NCBI RefSeq assembly: GCF_902826855.1 | Contig: NZ_CADEGK010000005.1 | Location: forward strand, 1 to 60,664 | Length of the DNA stretch: 60,664 nucleotides | Reading direction: 5' to 3' | Source: an uncultured Phenylobacterium sp. | GTDB lineage: Bacteria; Pseudomonadota; Alphaproteobacteria; Caulobacterales; Caulobacteraceae | Shown: positions 20,025-31,224 of the stretch, piece by piece | How positions within the stretch are numbered: the first letter of the stretch is position 1 | Layout: the number at the start of each line of letters is the position of its first letter | Position numbers and translations under genes: made by a program | Notes under the pieces: generated by a model | Databases searched by the model: none | What the model was told of the DNA's origin: nothing | The model's input: the letters and a program-made list of their open reading frames with translations, nothing else

Positions 20025-20785
20025 CCGGGATCGCCGGGCCGGAGCGCGTCCATCAGGCTGCCGGTGTAGGCGGCGTGACCCACGTGGGTGAGGCGCGCGG
20101 AGAAGTCGGCCCAGATATCACCGCCCAGGTCGCGCCAGCGGCGGCAGAAGGCATAGTCCTCCGATAGGTACTGGCCGGTCTCCGGCTCGATCATGGTGTC
20201 GAACACCATGGTCGCCACGGGCGCCTGGTTGTCGGCCATGTCGCCCATTTTGGCGCGCAGCTCGGGGTGAGCGTCGACCAGGCGCTGCATGGCCTGGCGT
20301 TTGATCAGCAGGAAGCCGGTGCCGCCGTACGCCACCTTGGCGATGCCGTCCTCGACCTCCACGCTGTTGTCCGCATTCGGCAGAAAGCGGACGACGTATC
20401 CGATAGCCGCGGCCTGCAGGTCGGCCACGCCGGCCTTGGCGGCCGCGCGCACCTTTTCCCAATCGATCTTCTTCAGCGGGCAGACGGCGGCGATCACGTC
20501 CTTGTCGGCGTCGATCAGCCGGAACACCTGCTCCGGCGGAAAGCCGATGTCAGCGTCGATGAACAGGATGTGGGTCGCCTGCTGGAAAGCCAGGAACGCG
20601 GCGGCCAGGCGCGAGCGGCCGCGCGTGATCAGCGCCTCACCGCCCATCATGTCGATGTGCAGGCCGACGCCGCGTTCGCGGCAGGCGTCCTGCAGCTTCA
20701 GCATCGACGACACGAAGTAGAGGTTCAGGTTGCCGCCGTAGCAAGGGACCGCGAGGTAGATGAACGGCTTGGGCGTCTCGGACAT
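20021..20785 (-). CDS. Glycosyltransferase-A-fold-like hypothetical protein
   Basis: AVPCYGG, LITRGRS, HILFIDADIGF (DxD), GTGFLLIKR, YLSEDYAFCRRW, LTHVG. Confidence 0.8.
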   Translation of the reverse strand: MSETPKPFIYLAVPCYGGNLNLYFVSSMLKLQDACRERGVGLHIDMMGGEALITRGRSRLAAAFLAFQQATHILFIDADIGFPPEQVFRLIDADKDVIAAVCPLKKIDWEKVRAAAKAGVADLQAAAIGYVVRFLPNADNSVEVEDGIAKVAYGGTGFLLIKRQAMQRLVDAHPELRAKMGDMADNQAPVATMVFDTMIEPETGQYLSEDYAFCRRWRDLGGDIWADFSARLTHVGHAAYTGSLMDALRPGDPG

Positions 20786-20807
20786 GGCGCGGACCATACT
20801 GGCGAGC

Positions 20808-21617
20808 TCAGGCTCCGTCGATCAGCGGCGCCACCAGCGCGTCGTAGAGCTCCAGGCGCTTGTAGGCTCGGAAGTCCGGGTGGGCCGTGCGCCAGGCTTG
20901 CGCGAACCGCGCCAGCCGCGAGAGATCGGCGGCGACATCACTGAGCGGGTTCACCCAGACGCGGATGGTGAAGACCACGCCACCGGTCGTCGGCAGCCGG
21001 CGCAGCGTTTGGCGCTCGCAGCGCACATGCAGCACCTGGGCGGCGCGGGCCGGGTCGATGGCCGGGATCGCGGCGCGCATCGGGCCGGGATCGGGCATGT
21101 GCAGTTCCGGCGTCGAGACCACACTCCAGTTGCGGCGCTCCAGCACCAGCCCATCGCGCAGGCCGTCGAAGATGCGGGTCACCCGCGCCAGCAGTCGGTC
21201 CTCGAAGCCGGTCACCGGGCGGTGGAGCTCCGAGAGGCTCCGCCCGATCACCTCGGCGGCGGTGAAGAAGCTTCCGGCGCTGAGGGACAGCGCGCTTAGC
21301 CGCCAATGGCCGTCGCGCTTTTCCATCAGGCACAGGTCGTCGGCTACGCAGCGGGCGGCGGCGTAGAGCGGCGGGCGGCCTTGCGTCTCGATCGGTCGGC
21401 CGATCGCCTCGGCGACCAGGGCCAAAACCTCGGCCTGAGCCGGGCGCGAGCCCCCGGTTTCCGCCCACACCAGCGGGGCGGCGGCGCCCTCGAACAGCGG
21501 ATCCTTGCGCGCCGAGGGGTCGGTCTCGCCGCCTTCGAACCACGCGCTCGCCGCGATCGGCGCGAGGCCGATGCGGAACTCGCCCGCCTCCTCCCAGGGG
21601 GCGTGGCGCAGGGTCAT
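20808..21617 (-). CDS. DUF3445 / heme-dependent oxidative N-demethylase alpha-subunit family protein
   Basis: DDLCLME, GRSLSELHRPV, ERRNWS, RCERQTLRRLP..G.VVFTIR. Confidence 0.85.
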   Translation of the reverse strand: MTLRHAPWEEAGEFRIGLAPIAASAWFEGGETDPSARKDPLFEGAAAPLVWAETGGSRPAQAEVLALVAEAIGRPIETQGRPPLYAAARCVADDLCLMEKRDGHWRLSALSLSAGSFFTAAEVIGRSLSELHRPVTGFEDRLLARVTRIFDGLRDGLVLERRNWSVVSTPELHMPDPGPMRAAIPAIDPARAAQVLHVRCERQTLRRLPTTGGVVFTIRVWVNPLSDVAADLSRLARFAQAWRTAHPDFRAYKRLELYDALVAPLIDGA

Positions 21618-21985
21618 GCGCGAGCGCGCCTCCGGCTTCCCAGCCAGCGGACCAGCAGGAACAGGACGACGCCCGTCGCCACCCCCTGGGCGTCGGCCAG
21701 CAGATCCAGCGGGTCGGCGTGGCGGCCGGAGGGCAGCACGCCCTGCAGGACTTCGATGAAAACGCCGTAGGCCAGGGCGAAGGCCGGAATCGCCAGGCGG
21801 CGGTTGGGCGCGAGCGCGTAGCCGGTCAGGGTCAGGACCAGCCAGGCGGCGAAGTGCTCGAAGCGGTCGCCGGTCCCGGGATCGGGCAGGTCGCGGCTGG
21901 GCAGGACACACAGCGCCAGCAGGATTGCGGCCGCCAAGGCGTAGAGGCCGAGGCGCGCGGGCCGTGGAAAGCGGTGGGGCAGCAT
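21614..21985 (-). CDS. VanZ family membrane protein
   Basis: DRFEHFAAW, IEVLQ...GR.AD.LDLLAD. Confidence 0.8.
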   Translation of the reverse strand: MLPHRFPRPARLGLYALAAAILLALCVLPSRDLPDPGTGDRFEHFAAWLVLTLTGYALAPNRRLAIPAFALAYGVFIEVLQGVLPSGRHADPLDLLADAQGVATGVVLFLLVRWLGSRRRARA

Positions 21986-22057
21986 CGGACCTTACTTGCA
22001 CACCACACCTCGTCTCTCTAGCGTCCGCCGCGCTGAGTTTTGGTGCAGGAGATGTGC

Positions 22058-22702
22058 GTGGCGCTCGAGGCGGTGATCTGGGATTTCGGCGGGGTGTTCA
22101 CCTCTTCGCCGTTCGAGGCCTTCAACCGGCTGGAGGCGGAGATGGGCGCGCCGAAGGATCACATCCGGCGGGTCAACGCGACCAACCACCATGAGAACGC
22201 CTGGGCCCTGTTCGAGCGCAACGAGATCGACGCCGCCCGCTTCGACCAGCTGTTCCTCGAGGAATCCACGGCGCTCGGCTTCCCGATCCGTGGCGGGGAT
22301 GTGCTGCCGAAGCTCTCGGGCGAACTGCGACCGCGGATGGTGGCGGCGCTGAAGGCGTGCAAAGCCCGCTTCAAGGTCGGCTGCATCACCAACAATGTGG
22401 TCTCCATGCACAGCCCGGGTCAGAACGAGATCCAGCAGGCGGCCGGCGCCATGGGCCAGGTGATGCCGCTGTTCGACGCCATCATCGAGAGCTCCAAGGC
22501 GGGCGTGCGCAAGCCCGACCAGCGCATCTACCTGATGATGTGCGACCTCCTGGCGGTGAAGCCGGAGAACTGCATCTACCTCGACGACCTGGGCATCAAC
22601 TGCAAGCCTGCCGCGGGCCTGGGGATGAAGGCGATCAAGGTGATCGACGAGGACCAGACGCTGAACGACCTGGCGGCCGCCACCGGCCTCACGTTCGCAT
22701 GA
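22058..22702 (+). CDS. HAD-superfamily hydrolase (epoxide hydrolase N-terminal-like)
   Basis: [30 protein letters not shown]. Confidence 0.9.
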   Translation: MALEAVIWDFGGVFTSSPFEAFNRLEAEMGAPKDHIRRVNATNHHENAWALFERNEIDAARFDQLFLEESTALGFPIRGGDVLPKLSGELRPRMVAALKACKARFKVGCITNNVVSMHSPGQNEIQQAAGAMGQVMPLFDAIIESSKAGVRKPDQRIYLMMCDLLAVKPENCIYLDDLGINCKPAAGLGMKAIKVIDEDQTLNDLAAATGLTFA

Positions 22703-22992
22703 CGCGCCCGGCCAGGATCGGCGCGGAGACGGCGCTGACGCGGCTGACCGGCTGGGCCAAGGTGGAGGGCGGCCGCGACGCCATCTGCAAGACCTTCAAG
22801 TTCAAGGACTTCAACGCCGCGTTCGGGTTCATGACACGCGTGGCCCTGATGGCTGACAAGCTCGACCATCACCCGGAGTGGTTCAACGTCTACAACCGGG
22901 TCGAGATGACCCTGGCCACCCACGACGCAGGCGGGGTGACGGAGCTGGACGTGCAGCTGGCGACCTTCATGGACGAGGCCGCGGTCGCCTGA
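22699..22992 (+). CDS. phhB: Pterin-4-alpha-carbinolamine dehydratase
   Basis: [11 protein letters not shown]...DHHPEW.NVYNRV...[11 protein letters not shown]. Confidence 0.92.
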   Translation: MTRPARIGAETALTRLTGWAKVEGGRDAICKTFKFKDFNAAFGFMTRVALMADKLDHHPEWFNVYNRVEMTLATHDAGGVTELDVQLATFMDEAAVA

Positions 22993-22995
22993 CCG

Positions 22996-23394
22996 CTAGT
23001 TCGCGATGATGGCGCCCAGCAGCACCTTGGCGCCGGGGCGGCCGAGGATGGTGTCGGTCTGGCGCTGCAGGGTCAGGCCCAGATAGTCGGCGTTGGGCAG
23101 GGCCCCCTGGGGCAGGCCGGCCGCGTAGCCCTGGACCGTCTGGACATAGGCCGCGCGCAGGCGCGGCAACGACTGGTCGGCCAGCTTGTGCAGGGTCGGG
23201 TCGGGCACGTCGAGGCCGCAGTCGACCGACAGCACGCCGCGCTTGCCGCTGGCGCGGATCATGGTGCCCAAGAGCGTGTTCATCGGCAGGTAGGTGCCGC
23301 CACCCGACTTCTTCTTCTCACCCCCGCCCGAGTCGAGCGCCATGCCGGGCAGGGCGGTGAGGATGGCGACGGTGAGGAGCAGGCGGCGGTGCAT
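22996..23394 (-). CDS. Exported FliL-like small protein
   Basis: MHRRLLL signal peptide; ...PRLRAAY...LGRPGAKVLL resembles the FliL C-terminal domain; divergent from pseB. Confidence 0.65.
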   Translation of the reverse strand: MHRRLLLTVAILTALPGMALDSGGGEKKKSGGGTYLPMNTLLGTMIRASGKRGVLSVDCGLDVPDPTLHKLADQSLPRLRAAYVQTVQGYAAGLPQGALPNADYLGLTLQRQTDTILGRPGAKVLLGAIIAN

Positions 23395-23421
23395 GCTCGC
23401 ATCCTCGCCGACCGTGGTTAG

Positions 23422-24537
<1,116 letters not shown>

Positions 24538-24543
24538 GCGACC

Positions 24544-25707
24544 ATGGACGGCCCCATTCTTCCCTACGGCCGGCAGACCATCGAGGACGACGACATCGCC
24601 GCCGTGGTCGAGGCGCTGAAGGCCGACTTCCTGACCACCGGCCCCCGGGTCGAGGCCTTCGAGCGCGCCTTCGCCGAGACAGTGGGCGCGCGCCACGCGG
24701 TGGCGTGCTCCAACGGCACCGCGGCCCTGCACCTGGCCATGTTGGCGCTGGACGTGCAGCCCGGCGAGGTGGTGATTGCGCCATCGATCACCTTCCTGGC
24801 GACCGCCAACTGCGCCCGCTACGTGGGCGCCGACGTGGTCTTCGCCGACGTGGACCCCGACAGCGGCCTGATGACGCCGCAAACGCTGGCAGACGCGATC
24901 GAGCGGGTGGGCGAACGGAGGCTGCGAGCCGTGCTGCCCGTCCACCTGCGCGGTGACGCGCGCGATCTGCCGGCGCTGGCGGCCCTGGCGCGGGGGGCCG
25001 GCGCGGTGCTTGTCGAAGACGCGCCGCATGCGCTCGGAACGACGGCAAAGTTCGGCAATGTGACGCAAACGATCGGCGATGTGCGCCATTCGGCTATGGC
25101 CACCTTCTCCTTTCATCCCGTGAAGACCATCGCCACCGGCGAGGGCGGCATGGTCACCACCAACGACGACAGGCTCGAGGGGCGCCTCAGGAGCCTTCGC
25201 AGCCACGGCATGGTGCGGCCGCCGGACGCGGACCCCTGGTGGTACGAGATGCCCGAGCCGGGCTTCAACTACCGCCTCCCGGACATCCTCTGCGCGCTCG
25301 GCCAGTCGCAGCTGGCGAAGCTGCCGCGCTTCGCCGCGCGTCGCCGGACGCTGGCCTCGGCCTACGAAGCCGCGCTCGCCCCGCTTGCCCCGGTTGTCCG
25401 CATCGCGGCGCGCCCGGCCTGGAGCGACCCGGTGCTGCACCTGATGTGCGTGCTGATCGACTTTCCGGCGGTGGGCCGCACGCGGCGTCAGGTCGTGGAC
25501 GACCTGCGGGCCCGAGGCGTCGGGACCCAGGTCCACTACATCCCGGTGCACCGCCAGCCCTACTACCGCGGCCTCTACGGCGACCTCAGCCTGCCCGGCG
25601 CAGAGGCGTGGTACGCCCGCTGTCTGTCGCTGCCGCTCTATCCGGGCATGGCCGACGGCGACGTGGAGGAGGTCGCCGACGCCCTGCGCGACGTGCTGGG
25701 CGCTTAA
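24544..25707 (+). CDS. pseC: UDP-4-amino-4,6-dideoxy-AltNAc transaminase PseC/FlmB
   Basis: LPYGRQTIEDDDI, FLTTGP, NGTAALH, SFHPVKTIATGEGG, VHYIPVH. Confidence 0.93.
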   Translation: MDGPILPYGRQTIEDDDIAAVVEALKADFLTTGPRVEAFERAFAETVGARHAVACSNGTAALHLAMLALDVQPGEVVIAPSITFLATANCARYVGADVVFADVDPDSGLMTPQTLADAIERVGERRLRAVLPVHLRGDARDLPALAALARGAGAVLVEDAPHALGTTAKFGNVTQTIGDVRHSAMATFSFHPVKTIATGEGGMVTTNDDRLEGRLRSLRSHGMVRPPDADPWWYEMPEPGFNYRLPDILCALGQSQLAKLPRFAARRRTLASAYEAALAPLAPVVRIAARPAWSDPVLHLMCVLIDFPAVGRTRRQVVDDLRARGVGTQVHYIPVHRQPYYRGLYGDLSLPGAEAWYARCLSLPLYPGMADGDVEEVADALRDVLGA

Positions 25708-25978
25708 GTTCGCGTTCCGTCGCCCGGGGCCGCCGGGCCGCCCCTCCCGGGTCGGAGTGGCTCCAGGCGGGGGGCGTGGGCTGAAATCGGCAGCCGGCCA
25801 GTACACGCATGAAGAGTGCCAATCCGAGCGATTACGCCCGATAGGCGATTGGCTCGAAGAGACCGGACGATCGGGCTAACCCTCGGCGCTGCTTGGGAAA
25901 CGAGGATATGGCTACTTGCGAGCACCCTCGCTGTGGCTCCTCGCTGTTCGCCCGAGCGACGGTCGCCGGAGCGTAGAT

Positions 25979-26923
25979 TTGGTCAGCGTCGCGATACGAA
26001 CCCACTTCCAGGAAATGATCGAGTCAGGAAGCGGGGACGCCGGTGCGCTGGCCAGGGGCCTTCATCGCGAGGTGACGGGCTTGGGCCTGCGCGCGCTTGC
26101 CTCCAAGGCTCTCAACGTCGCTGCCCTCACCCCGGAACGCCTGCCCGACGTCTATGACAACGCCGCAGCCGGCTGGTTGGGATTGCCGGTGTTTCCACCG
26201 AAGCTTCGGTTCCGAGACGAGTTGCGGCTCTCGCCAGCGTTCTGGGAGACGTTATGGGAGCTCGTGGCGCTGCCGGCGGATGTCCGGGACCAAGTGTTCC
26301 CCACCCGCGTCCTGGAGTTGGCCGGCGAGCTTGACCCGGGGATCAACGCTCGAATGGCCGAAGTGGCGAGCACATACCCGGGTGTGGCGGAGGCGGAGGC
26401 CCGCGGCCTCCCGGCGCCCTATGACCTCGATGCCCTAGCCGTCTATCGCCCCGGCTCGTTGGGCTACGCATTTCGTCAGGAACTGCTTCGCGGGGACGGC
26501 GTCGCCGCGCCGTTCAGCGAGACCCTGCTGCCCCTGATCCGGCATATGCCGCCGCCATTGGCCGCCATCAATTCCCACGTCATCCGATCCTGGCGGCTTT
26601 GGGCGTTGGTGGCGGGTCATGGCGGCGACTCGCGGGCCGACGTAGCCATGAGCGCCTTCCTGATGGGCCAGGTAGGTCACCACTACTCCGCCCTCGCCGT
26701 CGCCATCACCCTGGTGATCCAGAGCCTGGAACGACCGGCAGATCTGGGACTGACACTGGACTGCATCTTCAGGGGTTGGATGCACGGCCGCGAGACCCGG
26801 CCGTTGATTGCCGTTTCATGGAACCCGCTGTTGGACCTGGGGTTAGACGAAGTTCGAGAGGCGCTCGGCGTCGTCGCGTTTCAACCACCGTTGCTTAGCG
26901 TAGCCCCGAGGAGGCGAGATTGA
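25979..26923 (+). CDS. Divergent Coq4-like protein (metal motif degenerate)
   Basis: DLDALA..RPGSLG.AF and AF.MGQ.GH.YS...W..G pattern resemble bacterial Coq4-family proteins; atypical codon use; start uncertain (25916/25979). Confidence 0.55.
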   Translation: MVSVAIRTHFQEMIESGSGDAGALARGLHREVTGLGLRALASKALNVAALTPERLPDVYDNAAAGWLGLPVFPPKLRFRDELRLSPAFWETLWELVALPADVRDQVFPTRVLELAGELDPGINARMAEVASTYPGVAEAEARGLPAPYDLDALAVYRPGSLGYAFRQELLRGDGVAAPFSETLLPLIRHMPPPLAAINSHVIRSWRLWALVAGHGGDSRADVAMSAFLMGQVGHHYSALAVAITLVIQSLERPADLGLTLDCIFRGWMHGRETRPLIAVSWNPLLDLGLDEVREALGVVAFQPPLLSVAPRRRD

Positions 26924-27168
26924 ACCGACCTTCGGTCAACTACACGCTGCGTTTGACCGTCGGCGGAATAGTTCCGAGATGGTCGAAAGTCACCTCTTAC
27001 CCTGACGACCCCAGCGCCATCGCGGATTCAAAGCGTCTCCTGGCCACGGAAGTCGGAGCGCAGCGAGGCAGGACGTCGATTCTCGTCGGCCGCGGCTGTG
27101 AGCCCCACGTTCACTGGCTCGGAGCGTGGCATCTCGAGGAAGAGCCGGAGTGGATGCCAGCCGACTGA
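26920..27168 (+). CDS. Small hypothetical protein (82 aa)
   Basis: GAGGAGG RBS, TTG start overlapping the upstream stop, VGRG...WLGAW...EW pattern. Confidence 0.55.
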   Translation: MNRPSVNYTLRLTVGGIVPRWSKVTSYPDDPSAIADSKRLLATEVGAQRGRTSILVGRGCEPHVHWLGAWHLEEEPEWMPAD

Positions 27169-27239
27169 GGCCGAACCCTCCAGGACGTCATCGCGGCAGT
27201 GCGCGATCCGCGACGCGTCGAGGCCGACACCGCCGTCAA

Positions 27240-29165
27240 TCAGCCAACTTCCAGATCCGCCGGGTCGGGCGTGCGCAAGAAGCCGGACATCTCGGCGCTG
27301 AGGAACGGGTTCATCACCGACGAGCGGCCGTGTTCGGTCCAGTAGTAGTTGTGGGCGCGCGGGTCGCTCCACGCCTTGGTCGCGTTGCGCTCGTCCACCA
27401 GGCGGTTGTAGCGCCAGTAGGCCTCGGGCTTGACCTCCATCGTCGCGCCGTTGCCCAGCACCAGCGTCTCCATGCACTGCAGCGCGTAGAGGGCCATCTT
27501 CTCGTGGAACGACGCGACGTTGAGCGCGCCGTTGGTGTTGGGGCCGTAGATCGACCATAGGTTCGGGAAGCCCGGCATCATGCAGCCGAGGTAGGCGCGC
27601 GCGCCGCCGTCCGCCCACAGGGCCTCGAGCGTCTGGCCGCCGCGACCGGTGATCGTCATCGGATAGAGGAACTCGGTGGCGTGGAAGCCGGTGGCGTAGA
27701 CGATCACGTCGGCCTCGTGCAGCGTCCCGTCCTTGGCTACGACGCCGCCCGGCTCGATGCGCTGGATCCCGTTGGTGACCAGGGTGACGTTGTCGCGCTG
27801 GATCGCGTCCAGAATGGAGTATTCCGGGTCGACCACCACCGCACGGGCCGACCAGACCGGGTGGGCCGGGGTCATGGCCGCCACGAGATCCGGATCGCCC
27901 AGCTTGCTCTTCACGAAGGCGAGGCTGGCGTCGCGGGCGCGCTTGTTGAGCGGGCTGACGGCGTGAGGATCGTCGAAGTCCGGATCGATCTGCGCCAGGT
28001 TGGCGAGGCCATCGAGGGTGCAGGCCCGGGCGCGCATGAAGTTGGTGTGGAACGGCAGGTTGCGGTCCAGCCAGTTGACCTGCGGCGGGAACGGCGAGCG
28101 GTAGCCGGGCGTGGGGAACAGCCACTGCGGCGTGCGCTGGAACACGGTCACCTGCGCAGCCTCGAGGGCGAGTTCGGGGATCATCTGGTAGCCGGTGCAG
28201 CCGGTGCCGATCACCGCGATCTTCTTGCCCTTGGGGTCGAAGCGCTCCGGCCACCGCGCGGTGTGCCAAGCGGCGCCGGCGAAGGTCTCGGCGCCGGGTA
28301 TCTCGGGAATGTTCGGTCGGCTGAGCAGGCCCACGGAGGTGATCACCGCGCGCGAGCGGATCGTGCGGGCGCCGTCCGGCCCCTCGATGTCGATCACCCA
28401 CTCGCCCGCCGCCTCGTCCCAGGTCATCGTCTTGACCTCGGTTTCGAACTGGACATGGCGACGCAGGTCGAACTCGTCGGCGACCCAGTCGAAGTACTTC
28501 ACATTCTCCCGCCACTCGCAGAACGGGTTGGGATAGGGGAAATCGACGCCGAAGATGTGCGTGTAGGAGCGGCTGGCCGTATCGACCCGGGCGCCCGGAT
28601 AGCGGTTCTCCCACCAGGTCCCCCCGACGCCGGTGTTCTTCTCGATGACGGTGAAGGGGAACCCGGCCTGGCGCAGCTGGAGCGCGGCGTTCAGCCCGCC
28701 CATGCCGGCGCCGATGATGGTGACGGTGAAGTCCTTCAGCCGCTGGGGATCGGGCTGTTCGCGCCAGCGCAGCGACCGCGCCTGCGGGTCGATCGCCAGC
28801 TCTTCGATATGATGCTGCAGGTTCTCGCCCTCCAGCGTCTGCCCCAGCATCAGGCCCAGGCTGACTGGGAGCCGTTCGCGGGGCCCGATGCCCATGATGC
28901 CCGCCCCCGCGTCGCGATAGGTCTTCAGGAACTCCGCGCCCTTGCGCCGCAGCAGCGCCACGTCCGCGTCGCTCTCCGGCAGGATCGCGTCGCCCATGCC
29001 GGCCTGCAGCGTCCGCACGCGCGTCGCCGCCACCTCCGGATCGCCGGTGAGTTGGTAAAGGAGGCCCCGCAGGACCATGGGATCGGCGTAGGCGATCGCG
29101 TCCTCGATCGTCGCATCGTCGGCCGCCCGCAGCTCCGGCCGTGAAGATACCTCCAGCTTGGTCAT
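27240..29165 (-). CDS. Baeyer-Villiger-type flavoprotein monooxygenase with N-terminal extension (HapE-like)
   Basis: GAGMGG, GGTWWENRYPGARVD, FAGAAWHTARW (FxGxxxHxxxW), GTGCTG, ATGF, PGFPNL. Confidence 0.92.
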   Translation of the reverse strand: MTKLEVSSRPELRAADDATIEDAIAYADPMVLRGLLYQLTGDPEVAATRVRTLQAGMGDAILPESDADVALLRRKGAEFLKTYRDAGAGIMGIGPRERLPVSLGLMLGQTLEGENLQHHIEELAIDPQARSLRWREQPDPQRLKDFTVTIIGAGMGGLNAALQLRQAGFPFTVIEKNTGVGGTWWENRYPGARVDTASRSYTHIFGVDFPYPNPFCEWRENVKYFDWVADEFDLRRHVQFETEVKTMTWDEAAGEWVIDIEGPDGARTIRSRAVITSVGLLSRPNIPEIPGAETFAGAAWHTARWPERFDPKGKKIAVIGTGCTGYQMIPELALEAAQVTVFQRTPQWLFPTPGYRSPFPPQVNWLDRNLPFHTNFMRARACTLDGLANLAQIDPDFDDPHAVSPLNKRARDASLAFVKSKLGDPDLVAAMTPAHPVWSARAVVVDPEYSILDAIQRDNVTLVTNGIQRIEPGGVVAKDGTLHEADVIVYATGFHATEFLYPMTITGRGGQTLEALWADGGARAYLGCMMPGFPNLWSIYGPNTNGALNVASFHEKMALYALQCMETLVLGNGATMEVKPEAYWRYNRLVDERNATKAWSDPRAHNYYWTEHGRSSVMNPFLSAEMSGFLRTPDPADLEVG

Positions 29166-29367
29166 GCGCCTTAGACTCCTCCGCATCGTGTTCTTGCCCG
29201 AATTGGGGGGTGCGGAGCGCGCAGAGTCGAGTCCAAAGCTGGAGGTGGGTCGGGCGGCGATGGCCGCGGGGGCGGCGAGGACGCGCTTCTCCCGGGGACG
29301 GCGCCGCTGCAGGCAGAGGTTTCCCCCTCTCAGGAACCAGCGGCCGCCGAACGGGCGCCTAATAGCG

Positions 29368-31080
29368 CTAGGCGGCCAGGCCGGCCTGCTGGATCAGGTC
29401 GCGCACCTGCTGCACCTGCTCGGGCGCGGCGGCAAGTTCGGCGCGGGTCTCGTCGGACTTCACCAGCCTGAGGGCCTCGGACTTGGCGCGCACGGACGCA
29501 GGACCCAGTGGACCGGATTCGCCCATCGCCAGCTTCAGCAGCACCGTCAGCCGATGGATGGCCGGCGCGTTGGCGCGAGCCACGCCCTGGGTCACCTTCG
29601 CGCGGTTGTCGATCTCGCCGCCGATCTCGCCCAGCTTTTCCTGCAGCGGCTGGAAATCCTCGGCCACCAGGCCGCAGCGCCCGACGGCGCGTTGAAGCTG
29701 GGCCAGGGTGGCGAGCTTGGCGGCCGGGCTCTCGTCGGCGGCCATTATGTCTTTCTCGAACCGCAGCGAAGTCACCACGGCCTTCAGCCAGCCGCCGGCC
29801 TTGCGCTTGTTGGCCGGGCCAATGACGTTCTCGGTGAGCCAGATCAGCGCCTCGACCTCCTCCTTGGAGCTCATGTCGTGGCCGAGGTAGGCCTCGACGA
29901 AGTCGCCGGTGGTGAGCATCTTCGAGCGCGCGGTGAAGGCGGCCTGCACCTGGTCCAGCGGCAGCAGGTTGCCGGCCGAGGCGGTCAGCGTCATGCCCAG
30001 CGCCCGGAGGATATCGATCTCGCCGGCCGCGTCGTTGGGGCGCAGCCGGCGGTTGCCCATCAATTCGCGCAGGATGCGGCGGCCGATGGCGGCGCGCGTG
30101 TCGAGGAAGGTCTCGTTCGCCAGCCAGACGGCCAGCCGTATGGCCAGACCCGAGAGCTCCGGCATGCACTTGGCGACCGCCGGCTCGCGCTTGGCCAGCT
30201 TGTCGACCGTGTCGTAGGCGGCGAGGCGCGTGAGGGCCGCGAGGTTCTCGCCCAGGTCGGCGCCGCGGCCGAGGATCTCGTTGATCCCCGGCTTGGCCTC
30301 GAGGATCTCGGCCAGGGGCTGCTGGATGGTGCCGAGCGCCAGGGCCCGGCCCTTGCCGTTTTCCGGCCACTCGTCAGCCAGATCCAGGAGCTTGGTGAGC
30401 TTCTCGCCCCAGCACTTGGCGTCGGCCAGCGCGCCGGCCACGCCTGCGCCCAGCAGGTAGGCGCGTTCCGGGTCGTTCGCCAGCCGATCGGCGGCCTTGG
30501 CGAAGCTCTCCTTCTTGAAGTTCGGCAGGACGCCTTTCTTGGCGTCGCTCATCAGCTTGTCGACGGCGCGCTCGATCAGCGTGTGGAAGGCGCGGATCAT
30601 CTCGTGCACCGACATGCCGCGGGCGTGGGCCTCCGGAATGGCGATCTTCTGCAGGGCGTGCTGCAGCTCCGTGCCGGACGCCTCGAGGCTCTCCACCAGG
30701 TCGGGGCGGTGCAGCAGTTCGAACGGAGTGGCGTAGTTGCGCTCCAGCCAGGCTTCCAGGAGCCGGCCGATCCGTTCACGGGCATGGCCGGTGTAGAGGT
30801 CCTGCGGGGTGACGCAGAGGGGCTGGGGGTCAGCCTGCGGCTTGGACTTGGCGGCGCCGTCGGCGGAGCCCTGCTTCATGATGACGACGGCGCGATACTC
30901 ACGCGCCTCTTCGTCGTAGGTTTCCTTTGTGACCTTGACGGCGGCGACACGGCCCTCGGCCATCAGCCGGTTGGCGGTCTCGATGGCCGTGGCCCGGCTC
31001 TCGGTGGCGGTGTCGAGCGTCCAGCCGGCCCCCGGGGTCTTCCGGACATAGACCTCGAAATGCACTTTGTGCCCATCCAT
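29368..31080 (-). CDS. Hypothetical protein (570 aa, mostly helical)
   Basis: Long ORF with strong host-like codon bias; no recognisable catalytic motif; divergent from chvI. Confidence 0.85.
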   Translation of the reverse strand: MDGHKVHFEVYVRKTPGAGWTLDTATESRATAIETANRLMAEGRVAAVKVTKETYDEEAREYRAVVIMKQGSADGAAKSKPQADPQPLCVTPQDLYTGHARERIGRLLEAWLERNYATPFELLHRPDLVESLEASGTELQHALQKIAIPEAHARGMSVHEMIRAFHTLIERAVDKLMSDAKKGVLPNFKKESFAKAADRLANDPERAYLLGAGVAGALADAKCWGEKLTKLLDLADEWPENGKGRALALGTIQQPLAEILEAKPGINEILGRGADLGENLAALTRLAAYDTVDKLAKREPAVAKCMPELSGLAIRLAVWLANETFLDTRAAIGRRILRELMGNRRLRPNDAAGEIDILRALGMTLTASAGNLLPLDQVQAAFTARSKMLTTGDFVEAYLGHDMSSKEEVEALIWLTENVIGPANKRKAGGWLKAVVTSLRFEKDIMAADESPAAKLATLAQLQRAVGRCGLVAEDFQPLQEKLGEIGGEIDNRAKVTQGVARANAPAIHRLTVLLKLAMGESGPLGPASVRAKSEALRLVKSDETRAELAAAPEQVQQVRDLIQQAGLAA

Positions 31081-31120
31081 CCCGGCATCCCCCAGCGGGT
31101 GGGACGTTGCCGTAACAAGC

Positions 31121-31135
31121 TTAAGGCCATGTTAG
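31121..31135. promoter_or_regulatory. CtrA-box-like site
   Basis: TTAA-ggccatg-TTAG, 40 nt upstream of the 570-aa gene. Confidence 0.55.
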
Positions 31136-31224
31136 CCGTGGCGCCCGGCCCGCAGGCCCCATTGAGGCCACGGTGAAGGCTCACTAGGTTTACGCCACCG
31201 GGGTAAAGGAGAGATCAACTTCAG

